A stretch of DNA of 64,000 bases from an archaeon (GCA_027343665.1 DAHWKL010000001.1:313294-377293), one strand, 5' to 3'; shown: positions 51,579 through 61,869, numbered from the stretch's first letter. Notes: generated from the sequence alone by a model not told the origin. A program made the numbers and translations.

Positions 51579-51670
51579 TTCTTGTAATTTTATCCATAAG
51601 CCAATCCCAACTTCTTTAGTCGGGACCTTCAGGGCAAGTTTTATAATTCTGTATTTTCTACCTGAGCCAT

Positions 51671-51763
51671 GCCTGCATAGCTCAGTTGGCAGAGCGATTG
51701 CTTCGTAAGTGATATTTTCACAGGAAGAGCAATAGGTCGGGAGTTCGACTCTCCCTGCAGGCT
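51671..51763 (+). tRNA. tRNA-Thr (anticodon CGU) with ~20-nt intron 3' of the anticodon
   Basis: Acceptor GCCUGCA/UGCAGGC, D-arm GCUC..GAGC, anticodon stem AUUGC/GCAAU interrupted after UUCGUA by AGUGAUAUUUUCACAGGAAG; T-arm GGGAGUUCGACUCUCCC; TATA-like box ~25 bp upstream. Confidence 0.65.
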
Positions 51764-51810
51764 TTTACAATTCCCTAAATATTTATAACTCAGTTCCAAT
51801 TTTTTAACGG

Positions 51811-53754
51811 ATGGCATGGAACCTCTATGACAAGGGAAAATTTCTGAAACCACTTTGTTTCTCCAATGGTAAAAGCCAGGAAGATGTTGTCGAGGAAGTT
51901 TTGAAACTTATAGATGGGGGAAAACGCGTGATATTCATACACGGAGTGTGCGGGACGGGAAAATCCGCGATCGCACTCAATCTTGCAAGTAAGATAGGAA
52001 AAACTTCTATAGTTGTCCCTGGAAAAACTCTCCAGGCACAGTACAAAAAAGACTATGAAGGCGAGAAATACCTTCTAAAACAAGATGGGAAAAAACTTAA
52101 GATAAGTGTAATAACCGGCAGGAATAACCATCCCTGCAAGTTCCTTCAGGATAACAAAGACGCGATCCCAAAAATAAAAAGAGAGATAAACGCAAAACTT
52201 AATGATATCTTCTCCGGTGTCATGAGAGAGAGAAAAGAAAATGAAAAAGAAAATATGTCAGCAGCAAATCCTGAACTCCCGTGTGATATCGACATAAGGG
52301 AAAAAAACTGGCTCAAAATAAAAGAATACCTTAAACAGAACAAAAAAATCGACATAAGAAATTTCTCATCGGTGAAAGATGTGAAAAGATTAAGCATCGC
52401 GCCGGTATGCCCTTATTGGAGCCCCGTCCTTCCTGAAAGGTATGAGATAAAAAATATGGCGGATTCAAAACAAAGGAAATATGAAGGACTCGACGGAATG
52501 GTTTTCATCCAGTATAAAAGAAAACCGGGCTGCCCATTCTACGAGCAATTTGATTCTTATATAGATTCTGATGTGATAGTGTTCAACTCATTAAAATACA
52601 AACTTGAGACAGCTCTTTTGAGAAAGCCCAGGACAGAAGTCGAAATCATAGATGAATGCGATGAATTCCTAGACAGTTTTTCTAACGAAAGAACAATAAA
52701 TTTTGACAGGTTGCAAAGCGCGCTCATACATGCATTGGGTGCTGGTGAAGGCGAGCAGGATATGATCGAGGAATTATTAGAACTAATCACACATCTTGGT
52801 AGAGATGAGAGAATCGGAGACGCAATAAGAGCAGGGGAGATAATCCCCCTGAAGTCAACCGGGATATATGACATAATCAAGATATTCATAAAAGAGGAAT
52901 GGTTAAAATCCATAGACGATGAAAGCTACATTTTTGACGTCTTAGAAACCTCAAAGATGTTCATGGAATTTTTGGATGAAAGCTATGTGCTCTTCACAAA
53001 AAAGGAGAGAGGAATAAATGCGGAAATCGTGACGACAAATCTTGCAAAAAAATTCAAACAGTTAGTCGAGAAAAATAAAGTTATAGTTCTCATGTCAGGA
53101 ACACTCCATTCGGATGAAGTTCTGAAAAATATCTTCGGACTTACTAATTTTGATAAAGTCGATGCAGAAACGCAAAGCCAGGGGAAAGTTATTGTGAAAA
53201 GCACAGGTCTTGAGATGGATTGTAAATATTCCAATTTCTCTTCCGAAAAATTCACCCGGGAGGATTACTTAAAAGCACTTGATAAATGTATAAAGGAAGC
53301 TCCAAGACCAACTCTCGTCCATGTGAATGCATTTTTGGATCTTCCGTCTGAAAGTGAGATAAGAGAATTCGAAATTGAAAACTTACCATCAAGAGATAAG
53401 ATAAAAGAAATCCAGGAAGAGGACAAAAAAGGCAGACTTACACAGGAGTTTAAGGATGGAAAAAGAGAAATACTTTTCTCGACACGTGATTCACGGGGGG
53501 TTGATTTTCCGGGAGAACAATGCAGAGGAATAGTCTTCACAAAATATCCAAACCCAAATGTTCAGGATCCATTTTGGAAAATCCTCATGAAAACAAAACC
53601 TGAAAGCTATTGGAATTTCTATCGCGACAAAGCCAAGAGGGAATTTCTTCAGAAAATATACAGAGGAATCAGATTCAAGGAAGATTATATAACTTTGATG
53701 AGCCCTGATACAAGAGTCTTGGAGATGGCAGAGAGAGAATTTGGAGAGAGATAA
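51811..53754 (+). CDS. XPD/Rad3-like Fe-S cluster DNA helicase
   Basis: Walker A GVCGTGKSA; four Cys between motifs I and II (HPC, LPC, VCPYW, GCPFY); DECD box; C-terminal ILFSTRDSRGVDFPGEQCRGIVF Rad3-type helicase C domain. Confidence 0.65.
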   Translation: MAWNLYDKGKFLKPLCFSNGKSQEDVVEEVLKLIDGGKRVIFIHGVCGTGKSAIALNLASKIGKTSIVVPGKTLQAQYKKDYEGEKYLLKQDGKKLKISVITGRNNHPCKFLQDNKDAIPKIKREINAKLNDIFSGVMRERKENEKENMSAANPELPCDIDIREKNWLKIKEYLKQNKKIDIRNFSSVKDVKRLSIAPVCPYWSPVLPERYEIKNMADSKQRKYEGLDGMVFIQYKRKPGCPFYEQFDSYIDSDVIVFNSLKYKLETALLRKPRTEVEIIDECDEFLDSFSNERTINFDRLQSALIHALGAGEGEQDMIEELLELITHLGRDERIGDAIRAGEIIPLKSTGIYDIIKIFIKEEWLKSIDDESYIFDVLETSKMFMEFLDESYVLFTKKERGINAEIVTTNLAKKFKQLVEKNKVIVLMSGTLHSDEVLKNIFGLTNFDKVDAETQSQGKVIVKSTGLEMDCKYSNFSSEKFTREDYLKALDKCIKEAPRPTLVHVNAFLDLPSESEIREFEIENLPSRDKIKEIQEEDKKGRLTQEFKDGKREILFSTRDSRGVDFPGEQCRGIVFTKYPNPNVQDPFWKILMKTKPESYWNFYRDKAKREFLQKIYRGIRFKEDYITLMSPDTRVLEMAEREFGER

Positions 53755-53755
53755 A

Positions 53756-53835
53756 CGCCCCCGCCAGGAATCGAACCTGGAAGCCCAAAGGGCCCGGATC
53801 TCAAGTCCGGTGCAATACCATTATGCGACGGAGGC
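53756..53835 (-). tRNA. tRNA-Ser (anticodon UGA)
   Basis: 80 nt; anticodon loop CUUGAGA; long variable arm GCCCUUUGGGC; starts 2 nt after the helicase stop. Confidence 0.8.
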
Positions 53836-53888
53836 TTTATTTAAATAATAAGTACCAAGAACTGTTTTAAAGATTTCTGTTTGCCAGT

Positions 53889-55262
53889 TCAGACTCTTTT
53901 TGCCCCAATGCCCTGCTGCATTTCTCTTGAAACAAGCCCAGTGAAAAATGCCCTTATCTCCTCTTTCCTGAAATCCGAAACTTTTTCTTTAGTTTCCTTT
54001 AATTTTCCGACAAAGGATTGAACAATCATAAACCTTAAAATTGCGCTCAGGAAGAAAACTATTAGAAATGCAGAAAATCCGAGTATGAATCCTTCTTCGG
54101 AGATAAATCCCCCTATAAGAGCTCCGAAAAATGATCCGATTGAGACCAATATACTCATATATGAACTGCAAAGTGCAAGCCTTTCCTTTGTCACAGCATA
54201 ATATGCAAAAGTTCCGGTGGACAGATCAAAACCCGCCCATATAAACCCGGAAAAGAATTCCACCATAAAGAGATATACAACAAGGATGAATTTCGAATAC
54301 GAAAACAAGGGTGAAAAAACCCATAAAAGAGGCACTAAAAAGATGAAAAATCCACAAAGCTTTATTGTATTTATACTACCAAACTTATCGGCAAACCTTC
54401 CCCAAAAGGGCTGAAAGAGCATATTTGAGATTATTGAACTTGCTATTATCAAAGTGTATGCAATATAACCAAAATGAAGCCCTTCGAGCATATAAACCGC
54501 AAAAAATGGCGATGCAACTGCGGTAGCAAAAGTGACAAGAGATGAGAAAATCACAAATTTCCCAAAATTATTTTTTGGCATTTCCCTCACAAATTCAAAA
54601 AAACTGAAATAATACCCTTCCTTTACATTGAACTTCGGTTCATAATGCTTTGAAAGGAAATAAGCTGAAAATCCCCTTCCCAAAAAAGCTATAAGGAAGA
54701 GTATAGAAAATCCGAAAAAGAGATTCCCCGTGCTTCCGTTCAGAATTTCTCCTGCAATTAGAAGGCTCATGAGGCTTACAACCCCGACAATGCCGTTTCT
54801 TTTACCAAAATATGAAGCAGAATTCTTGGGAATTAATTCCCTCATCCATGAGACCCATGCGGGACCCGCAAATGATCCTGCAGAAACAAGGATTGTATAA
54901 GAAATTATTACAAGAACCGATGAGAAAAAGAGATTCAACCCTGAAAAAAGGTATAATGCGCTAACGCCTATAAGCGGGATCCACATAAATGCTTGTATGA
55001 TTACACCCTGGAGGACAATCTTCTTTCTGCTCTTCTTCTCCATCAGTTTTAAGCTTTTTATCTGAAGAAGACTTCCTACGAGAGCAGGTACAGAACTTAA
55101 GATCCCTATGAAAACATCCGGAAGATTCATGAAAACAGCATAAGGGGTGATATACCTTGAACCGAACCCGTCCATAAAACTGTAAGAAGCTCCATCAAGA
55201 ATACTGTATTTCAAAGATTTTTCCTTAAGAGCATTTATTTGAGAATCAACCATCTCTTCCAT
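53889..55262 (-). CDS. major facilitator superfamily transporter
   Basis: 457 aa with ~12 predicted TM helices arranged as two halves. Confidence 0.7.
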   Translation of the reverse strand: MEEMVDSQINALKEKSLKYSILDGASYSFMDGFGSRYITPYAVFMNLPDVFIGILSSVPALVGSLLQIKSLKLMEKKSRKKIVLQGVIIQAFMWIPLIGVSALYLFSGLNLFFSSVLVIISYTILVSAGSFAGPAWVSWMRELIPKNSASYFGKRNGIVGVVSLMSLLIAGEILNGSTGNLFFGFSILFLIAFLGRGFSAYFLSKHYEPKFNVKEGYYFSFFEFVREMPKNNFGKFVIFSSLVTFATAVASPFFAVYMLEGLHFGYIAYTLIIASSIISNMLFQPFWGRFADKFGSINTIKLCGFFIFLVPLLWVFSPLFSYSKFILVVYLFMVEFFSGFIWAGFDLSTGTFAYYAVTKERLALCSSYMSILVSIGSFFGALIGGFISEEGFILGFSAFLIVFFLSAILRFMIVQSFVGKLKETKEKVSDFRKEEIRAFFTGLVSREMQQGIGAKRV

Positions 55263-55306
55263 AAGAAGATGAAATCACTCAATTAATAAAGATTATCTAA
55301 TTGATT

Positions 55307-55600
55307 TCAAAGTCTCTTCCCCTTGAAGAAGAATTTTACCTTTTCCCAAAAGGTCATCGGCTTGAGCTTGATGGGCTCGTTGTTTTCATTGAATAATTCG
55401 TATTTTATGACGGGCTTTTCCTTAAGAATTGGCGCAGTTTTTGCTATCTCTTTATGCGCTTCAATCAAAGCCTGATCAATTGCCGCCCTTGAGTAACCCT
55501 GGTTCATCAAAGCAAATTTCAGAGAATCCTCCGTATAATTCTTGGAAAGGTTTTTCAGGAAGTAATCCACAAGTTCACGTTTATGATCAAGTCTTCTCAT
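55307..55600 (-). CDS. hypothetical protein
   Basis: 97-aa ORF. Confidence 0.4.
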   Translation of the reverse strand: MRRLDHKRELVDYFLKNLSKNYTEDSLKFALMNQGYSRAAIDQALIEAHKEIAKTAPILKEKPVIKYELFNENNEPIKLKPMTFWEKVKFFFKGKRL

Positions 55601-55685
55601 ATCTTTCAGAAAGTAAATGAAGTTTAAAAATTTTCTTGAAGAAGCAGTACAAGAAAAGATTTATAAGATAAATTAATTTTTTGAA

Positions 55686-56390
55686 GTGATGAATTTCATA
55701 GAGAAGATTGTACAAAAAAAAGTCGATGATCCTGTGCATCTTCAGTTCCAAAAATTCAGCAAAGGAATTTTCAAAAATCGCGCCCTGATAAACGCAAAAA
55801 AATCAAAAGATAAATACACAATCACAACGGGCCCTGAATTTGCCAATGAGCTAGTAAAAGCTATTGCTGAGAAGCTCGGAAATGAAAAGACAAATGTCAC
55901 GGGAGCAATTGTCTCGACCTCAGATCTCACGGGAAAGGTCGAGTTTAAAGAGAAAAAACAATTCCAGGGAGTTAAACGCTATTTAGTAGATACAGAAATG
56001 TCTGGTGAAGAGATAATAAGACTTTTAGAAGAGTTTCCAAGGGTATTTTTTGCGCTTACTTTCAGCGCAGGAGATAATAATTCCATCAAGATAAAAGCCA
56101 AAGCCCCAAAATCCGGGAAACCTGGAAAAGGTGATGAAGAACCAAAAGCTGACTTTTGCAAGTTGGTTACAAATGATCCAAAACTGGGAGCGGGATTTGT
56201 TTTCGAGAAGAATGAATTTAAGTCGGCAGAGATAAAACATGATTTTGTCATTGAAAAAATAATTATCCCAGAGAACGGAGAAAAAGACTTTGCCAAACTC
56301 AGAGAGATCGCAAAAAGGTCAGGCAAAATTGTCAGATACTCGGACATTGACGGCACAAAAACGACAAAAGAGTATCCTTTTGAAGCCTGA
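55686..56390 (+). CDS. hypothetical protein
   Basis: 234-aa ORF upstream of, and co-oriented with, the ribosomal-protein operon. Confidence 0.45.
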   Translation: MMNFIEKIVQKKVDDPVHLQFQKFSKGIFKNRALINAKKSKDKYTITTGPEFANELVKAIAEKLGNEKTNVTGAIVSTSDLTGKVEFKEKKQFQGVKRYLVDTEMSGEEIIRLLEEFPRVFFALTFSAGDNNSIKIKAKAPKSGKPGKGDEEPKADFCKLVTNDPKLGAGFVFEKNEFKSAEIKHDFVIEKIIIPENGEKDFAKLREIAKRSGKIVRYSDIDGTKTTKEYPFEA

Positions 56391-56443
56391 AACATCTTTT
56401 CCAGATTGATAAAATTAATAAATGATTTTTTTAGCTAAGAGAT

Positions 56444-56782
56444 ATGCTATTTGTGGGGGAAAAACGAAGCAAACTGGCCAAGAAGATGAAAGTGACCTGG
56501 AAAGACGGGAGACTTGCCGCAAAACAGCTTTTTGATGCATTAAAATATTGCGGGATAGATCCGAAAGATGTTGAGTTCAGGAATTATTTCGAAAAAGACG
56601 GGCCTACTTTTGTTAAAAGTTACAACGGGCCAATAATTGCCATGGGAGATAAAGTTAGCAAGGCTCTTAGAATGGCAGGGATAGAACATTATTTTATATA
56701 TCATCCTGCAGCAAGAGGTACGATAAGGAAGAAAGAGATTTATTGTGAGCATGTGAAAACAAATCTCGCTGACCTTTTGTAA
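56444..56782 (+). CDS. hypothetical protein
   Basis: 112-aa ORF immediately upstream of rpl3. Confidence 0.4.
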   Translation: MLFVGEKRSKLAKKMKVTWKDGRLAAKQLFDALKYCGIDPKDVEFRNYFEKDGPTFVKSYNGPIIAMGDKVSKALRMAGIEHYFIYHPAARGTIRKKEIYCEHVKTNLADLL

Positions 56783-56868
56783 CCCCAAAGCTTTATAAAT
56801 CAACTTTTTCTTTAAATTCCATTCCAGGGTAAGTAAAATGATAATCCGCTATTTAGAAATAGAAGAAA

Positions 56869-57807
56869 ATGCCAACGAGAAAATCACCAAGGAAAGGAAG
56901 CTTACAGTTTTGGCCAAGGAAGAGGGCCGAAAAATTCTTACCCAGTGTTAACTGGAGTGCGATAAAATCTGATTCTAAAAAAATTCTCAAGGGGTTCATA
57001 GGTTATAAAGCCGGGATGACTTCTATAACTGTTAAAGACATTACACCAAATTCTCTTACAAAAGACAAAAAAATTGTCCAGCCCGTCACAATAATTGAAT
57101 GCCCTCCAATGAAAATCTTGTCGGTAAGATTTTATAAAAATGGAAAAGTTGCGACTGAAGTTCTTTCTGAAAGCACTGAAAAAGAGCTTAGGAAAAAAGT
57201 AAAACTTCCAAAAAAAACTAAGAAGATTGAGGATGTGAAAAAAGATGATTTTGATGACATAAAGATTATTGCTTATTCAGAAGCAAAAAAGACTGAGATA
57301 AAAAAAACACCTGATATTTCTGAGATAGGGCTTTCAGGAAGTTACGATGAAAAGTTCAATTTCGCAAAAGAGAATGTGGGTAAGGAGATTTCTATTCTTG
57401 GAAACTTCGACAAAGGAGAACTTGTAGATATAAGAGGAATAACAAAAGGAAAAGGGTTCCAAGGACCAGTTAAAAGATTCGGACTTAACTTGAAAGTCCA
57501 CAAGACTGAAAAAGGCGTCAGAAGACCTGGTTCAATAGGACCATGGAATCCTTCAAGAACAACTTTCAGAGCTCCTATGGCCGGGCAAATCGGACTTTTC
57601 ACAAGAGTTGTTTACAACAGCAAGATTATCGACGCGGGGAAGAGTGAAGGAAAATTCTCCAACCTTAAAAATTACGGCAAGGTAAACACAGATTATATTC
57701 TCGTGAGAGGATCTGTACAAGGACCCGCGAAAAGACAACTTCTTTTGACAAGAGCGTTAAGAGAAACAAAAAAACAAAAGAAAAAGGAATATGAACTGTT
57801 AAACTAA
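56869..57807 (+). CDS. rpl3: ribosomal protein L3 (uL3)
   Basis: FIGYKAGMT motif; 312 aa; first gene of the conserved L3-L4-L23-L2 block. Confidence 0.85.
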   Translation: MPTRKSPRKGSLQFWPRKRAEKFLPSVNWSAIKSDSKKILKGFIGYKAGMTSITVKDITPNSLTKDKKIVQPVTIIECPPMKILSVRFYKNGKVATEVLSESTEKELRKKVKLPKKTKKIEDVKKDDFDDIKIIAYSEAKKTEIKKTPDISEIGLSGSYDEKFNFAKENVGKEISILGNFDKGELVDIRGITKGKGFQGPVKRFGLNLKVHKTEKGVRRPGSIGPWNPSRTTFRAPMAGQIGLFTRVVYNSKIIDAGKSEGKFSNLKNYGKVNTDYILVRGSVQGPAKRQLLLTRALRETKKQKKKEYELLN

Positions 57808-57808
57808 G

Positions 57809-58678
57809 ATGAAAACAACATTGTATTCAACAGATGGAAAGAAGCTTAAGCAGATTGAAGCTCCTGAATTTTTCAGCGCAAATGTAAGGACAGACCTTAT
57901 ACAAAAAATAACAGAATCTCTGAAAAAAAGACAGCCATATGCTCCAAATCCTCTTGCGGGGAACAATTACTCTGCAAGCGGGAAACTAAAACACCACAGA
58001 CATGTGTGGAAAAGCCAGTATGGAAGAGGGATATCCAGAGTCCCAAGAAAGATTATGTCAAGAAAAGGTTCACAGTTTGACTGGGTGGCTGCGACAGTTC
58101 CAAATGCAAGAGGCGGAAGAAGAGCGCATCCTCCTAAGATAATCTCTATGATAGAATCTGGCAAGATAAACAAGAAAGAACTCAAGCTTGCGGAAATGTC
58201 TGCTTTGAGCGCGACAGCATCAGAGAAATGGATAACAAAAAGATACAGCTCACTGGCAGGTGAGAAGATAGACCAGCTTCCTTTCATTATAGAGTCAAAA
58301 GTTTCGGGGATCAAGGCAAAAGAACTTCTTAATGGAATTAAAACAATTTTTGGAGAGAAAATCTTCACAGTGGCCATTCAAAAGAAAGACCTAAGGAATG
58401 GAAAAGGGAAACTCAGAGGAAGAAGATACAAAAAAAGTGCGGGGCTTTTGATAGTCCTCGGAAAAGATGAGAAATTAAAAACGACAGCATTCGACACTGC
58501 AGAGGCAAGGACTCTTTCGGTTACTGACCTTGCAAGCGGCGGTCCTGGAAGGCTAACTTTATACACAGAAAAAGCGATGGAGGATCTGGGAAAAAGGTTT
58601 GATGAAAGGGAAGAAAACAAAGGGGATGATAAATCAAATATAAAAAAGCAGGCAAGAACCAAGGAGAATAAGAAATGA
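57809..58678 (+). CDS. rpl4: ribosomal protein L4 (uL4)
   Basis: 289 aa; position and L4-like sequence. Confidence 0.8.
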   Translation: MKTTLYSTDGKKLKQIEAPEFFSANVRTDLIQKITESLKKRQPYAPNPLAGNNYSASGKLKHHRHVWKSQYGRGISRVPRKIMSRKGSQFDWVAATVPNARGGRRAHPPKIISMIESGKINKKELKLAEMSALSATASEKWITKRYSSLAGEKIDQLPFIIESKVSGIKAKELLNGIKTIFGEKIFTVAIQKKDLRNGKGKLRGRRYKKSAGLLIVLGKDEKLKTTAFDTAEARTLSVTDLASGGPGRLTLYTEKAMEDLGKRFDEREENKGDDKSNIKKQARTKENKK

Positions 58679-58950
58679 AAGACAAAAAACAAGTAACACT
58701 GAACGGAACAACATTAAGACCAGTCATGACTGAAAAAGCAGTGATGATGATTGAAAGGGATAATCTTCTAGTCTTTCAGGATTCAATGAAAAAAACAAAA
58801 GATGAAATAAAAAAAGATATAGAGGAAGTATTTGATATAAAAGTACAAGGTATAAGAACCCTTATCAGGAAAAATAAAAAATATGCTTATGTTAAACTTA
58901 AAGGAGATGCTCTTGCAATAGATGTTGCAACGAAACTTGGATTGATGTAA
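58675..58950 (+). CDS. rpl23: ribosomal protein L23 (uL23)
   Basis: 91 aa; conserved position. Confidence 0.8.
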   Translation: MKDKKQVTLNGTTLRPVMTEKAVMMIERDNLLVFQDSMKKTKDEIKKDIEEVFDIKVQGIRTLIRKNKKYAYVKLKGDALAIDVATKLGLM

Positions 58951-58951
58951 A

Positions 58952-59647
58952 ATGGGAAAAACAATAATACAACAGGCTAGAGGGAAGGGAAGTTCAACTT
59001 ACAGAGTCAGCAGGGCTGTTTTCAGGTACCAACTCAAAATTCCTAAAAATCTCGAGGGGGAAGGAAAGGTTATAAGATTTATTGACTCAGGGGCGCACAC
59101 ATGCCCAGTTGCAAAGATACTTTGGGGAAATGAAGTTTTTTATATCCCAGCATTCAAAAACATGATAGAAGGACAGAAAATTTCTTTTGGTAATGAAGTA
59201 AAAGACGGAAATATTTTAAAACTAAAAGACCTGCCTGTGAAAACAAAAGTTTACCTTGTAGAGTCAAAACCTGGAGACGGCGGAAAATACATAAGAAGCG
59301 GCGGGACTTACGCAACAGTCTCAAGGAACTCGGAGAATGAAGTTGTTCTTCTCATGCCCTCAAAAGAAGATAAAAAATTCAACCCAAATGTGAGGGCTGT
59401 CGTGGGGATTATTGCCGGTGCCGGAAGAAAAGAAAAACCGATACTCAAGGCCGGGAAAATGTTCCACATAAAAAAGACGAAGAGTAAACTCTGGCCAAGA
59501 ACATCAGCAATCAAAGTCAATGCAATAGATCACCCTTTCGGTTCAGGTAGAGGAAAGAATCCTAAATCAAAGATTGCGAAGAGAAACGCGCCACCCGGAG
59601 CTAAGGTCGGTCTTCTCAGACCTAAGAGAACGGGGAAGAGGAAATAA
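58952..59647 (+). CDS. rpl2: ribosomal protein L2 (uL2)
   Basis: 231 aa; L2-like C-terminus ...DHPFGSGRGKNPKSK. Confidence 0.85.
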   Translation: MGKTIIQQARGKGSSTYRVSRAVFRYQLKIPKNLEGEGKVIRFIDSGAHTCPVAKILWGNEVFYIPAFKNMIEGQKISFGNEVKDGNILKLKDLPVKTKVYLVESKPGDGGKYIRSGGTYATVSRNSENEVVLLMPSKEDKKFNPNVRAVVGIIAGAGRKEKPILKAGKMFHIKKTKSKLWPRTSAIKVNAIDHPFGSGRGKNPKSKIAKRNAPPGAKVGLLRPKRTGKRK

Positions 59648-59649
59648 AA

Positions 59650-60069
59650 ATGGCAAAAGAAAACGAAACAAGTGAAATCGACTTAAGAAAGAAGGAACAG
59701 ACCTTCAGAGGAAAAACTCTTGAAGAGCTGAAAGCCCTCGATGCCAGAGAATTTGCAAAACTGCTTTCATCAAATAGGAAAAGAAATGTGCTTAGAAATT
59801 TCCAGATGCACGAGAAGTTCCTCAGTATTGTAAAGAAGAAAGGAAAAAAAGCAATAAAGACGCACAAAAGGGAGATGGTTATTCTTCCGGGGCTTGTCGG
59901 GCTAAGGATAAATGTGTATAACGGAAGGGAGTTCGTCCCTGTTGAGGTCAGCTTTGATATGCTTGGTCATAAACTTGGAGAGTTTTCTATGACACGTTTG
60001 AAAGCAAGACACTCAAAAGATGAAAAAGGACAACCAAAAGTAGGACAACCTGCACCGGATAAGAAATAA
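59650..60069 (+). CDS. rps19: ribosomal protein S19 (uS19)
   Basis: 139 aa; NVYNGREFVPVEV motif. Confidence 0.85.
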   Translation: MAKENETSEIDLRKKEQTFRGKTLEELKALDAREFAKLLSSNRKRNVLRNFQMHEKFLSIVKKKGKKAIKTHKREMVILPGLVGLRINVYNGREFVPVEVSFDMLGHKLGEFSMTRLKARHSKDEKGQPKVGQPAPDKK

Positions 60070-60070
60070 A

Positions 60071-60703
60071 ATGGCAAAAACAAACACTGAAAAACCAACG
60101 GGAAAAAATGAAATGAAAAAAACGGTTCCAAAAGCGCCAAAGGGAAAAGCAGCACCTGAAATGAAAAATATGCTTATTCAAAAAGAAGATGAAAAATTAT
60201 CAAACGAGGAAGCCAAAGACGATGCACCAACACAGATTCAAGAGAACAAAGGTATCCAAAAGGAAGAGGTAAGGAAAGAAAAAGTCAAGACAAAGAAAGT
60301 CAAGATGACAGAAACCTCTGTAAGGACAGAAGATGCTTCACTTTCAACAAAAGTTTCCATTGCAATATGCAAGTTCATTGTCGGAAAAAAGATAGAAAAT
60401 GCAATAAAAGATCTCGAAGAGGTCACTAAGCTTAAAAAGGCAGTTCCTATGAAGGGGGAATATGCGCACAGAGAAGGTAAGATGATGTCGGGAGCTTATC
60501 CGGTAAGGGCATCCAAGGAATTTATAATCCTTTTAAAAAGCCTGAAAGCAAACGCGAACAACCATGATCTTGAGAACCCGGTGATAAGTGTAGCTTATGC
60601 AAATAAAGGTTCAAAAGTTTACGCATCGGGTGGAAGGATAAAGAAAAGAACACATGTGACAATAATAGCAAAAGAAAAAAGATTGTTTATGGAGAAAAAA
60701 TAA
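60071..60703 (+). CDS. rpl22: ribosomal protein L22 (uL22) with ~55-aa Lys/Glu-rich N-terminal extension
   Basis: L22 core starts near VSIAICKFIVGKKIENAIKDLEEV; 210 aa. Confidence 0.8.
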   Translation: MAKTNTEKPTGKNEMKKTVPKAPKGKAAPEMKNMLIQKEDEKLSNEEAKDDAPTQIQENKGIQKEEVRKEKVKTKKVKMTETSVRTEDASLSTKVSIAICKFIVGKKIENAIKDLEEVTKLKKAVPMKGEYAHREGKMMSGAYPVRASKEFIILLKSLKANANNHDLENPVISVAYANKGSKVYASGGRIKKRTHVTIIAKEKRLFMEKK

Positions 60704-60704
60704 A

Positions 60705-61394
60705 ATGGAAGAAAAAAGCACGGTAAAATTCAAGAAAGAAGAATTTGAAATGAGGGAAAAGATAAAAGAAGAAATCGGAAAAGGAAAAGTTTCGAAGGTA
60801 AGAATAGAGTATGCCCCAATAGGAGAAAGGATAATCATCTCAACAAACAAACCCGGACTCATAATCGGAAGGGGCGGAGAGAAAATAGGAGAACTCACGG
60901 AGATGGTAAGGAAAAATTTCAAACTTGAAAATCCCCATATAGAGATAGACGAAATAAAAGATTCTGATATTGATGCACAACTCGTCGCAGATGACTTAGC
61001 CTTAGGACTCGAAAGATTCGGTCCGTTAAAATTCAAAGTCCTGGCTTACAGAGCTCTCCAGAGAATAATGAAAGCTGGCGCTCTTGGATCCGAAATAAGA
61101 CTTACTGGAAAACTTCCAAGCGCAAGAGCGAAATCTTGGAGATTTGCGCAGGGTTATCTTAAAAAAACAGGGGACAGTGCAAATGTCGTTGACAGAGCAA
61201 AAGCATTAGCGTTTACAAAACCAGGGGTTGTCGGAGTGAAAGTCAGTATCTTGCCGCCGAATGCTGTATTGAAAGACAGGATAAAAGTCGATGATAAACT
61301 GATAAATAAACTCATGGAAAATTCGAAAAAAGCTGAAAAAACAGATAAAAAACAAAAGATCAAAGTAAAATCAAAAAATTTAAAGGAAGAATAA
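60705..61394 (+). CDS. rps3: ribosomal protein S3 (uS3)
   Basis: KH domain GLIIGRGGEKIGELTEM; 229 aa. Confidence 0.85.
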   Translation: MEEKSTVKFKKEEFEMREKIKEEIGKGKVSKVRIEYAPIGERIIISTNKPGLIIGRGGEKIGELTEMVRKNFKLENPHIEIDEIKDSDIDAQLVADDLALGLERFGPLKFKVLAYRALQRIMKAGALGSEIRLTGKLPSARAKSWRFAQGYLKKTGDSANVVDRAKALAFTKPGVVGVKVSILPPNAVLKDRIKVDDKLINKLMENSKKAEKTDKKQKIKVKSKNLKEE

Positions 61395-61395
61395 A

Positions 61396-61569
61396 ATGGC
61401 AGTATTAAAAGTAAAAGAAATAAAAACAATGAGCAAAGAAGACAGAGAGAATAAGTTGAAAGAGCTCAAGCTTGAGCTTGTAAAGTCAAGAGGTAAAGCT
61501 GCACAGGGCGGTAGCCTTAAGACAAGAGAGATAAAGAAAACAATAGCGAGGTTATTAACAATAAAATAA
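61396..61569 (+). CDS. rpl29: ribosomal protein L29 (uL29)
   Basis: 57-aa hand-translated ORF MAVLKVKEIKTMSKEDRENKLKELKLELVKSRGKAAQGGSLKTREIKKTIARLLTIK; below the ORF-caller cutoff. Confidence 0.7.
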   Translation: MAVLKVKEIKTMSKEDRENKLKELKLELVKSRGKAAQGGSLKTREIKKTIARLLTIK

Positions 61570-61571
61570 AT

Positions 61572-61868
61572 ATGGAGATATGTCCAAAATGTGGATTGCC
61601 AATGCCTGCGTGCATCTGCGACCAGATACAAAAAAGTTCGCAGAGAATAAAAGTCACGAGCGACAAGAAACGATACGGAAAAATCGTCACGATTGTTTCG
61701 GGCTTTGACAATTCAATAGACATAAAAAAAATAGCAAAAGAACTAAAAAGTGAACTTGCCTGCGGCGGAACGATAAAGAACAAGGAAATCGAACTCCAGG
61801 GCGATCACACAAAAAAAGTCAAACCTCTCCTCGTCAAACTCGGCTTTGACGAAGAATCAATAGAATAA
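61572..61868 (+). CDS. sui1: translation initiation factor SUI1 (aIF1)
   Basis: N-terminal Zn-ribbon CPKC...CIC and LACGGT...ELQGDH motifs; 98 aa. Confidence 0.75.
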   Translation: MEICPKCGLPMPACICDQIQKSSQRIKVTSDKKRYGKIVTIVSGFDNSIDIKKIAKELKSELACGGTIKNKEIELQGDHTKKVKPLLVKLGFDEESIE

Positions 61869-61869
61869 G

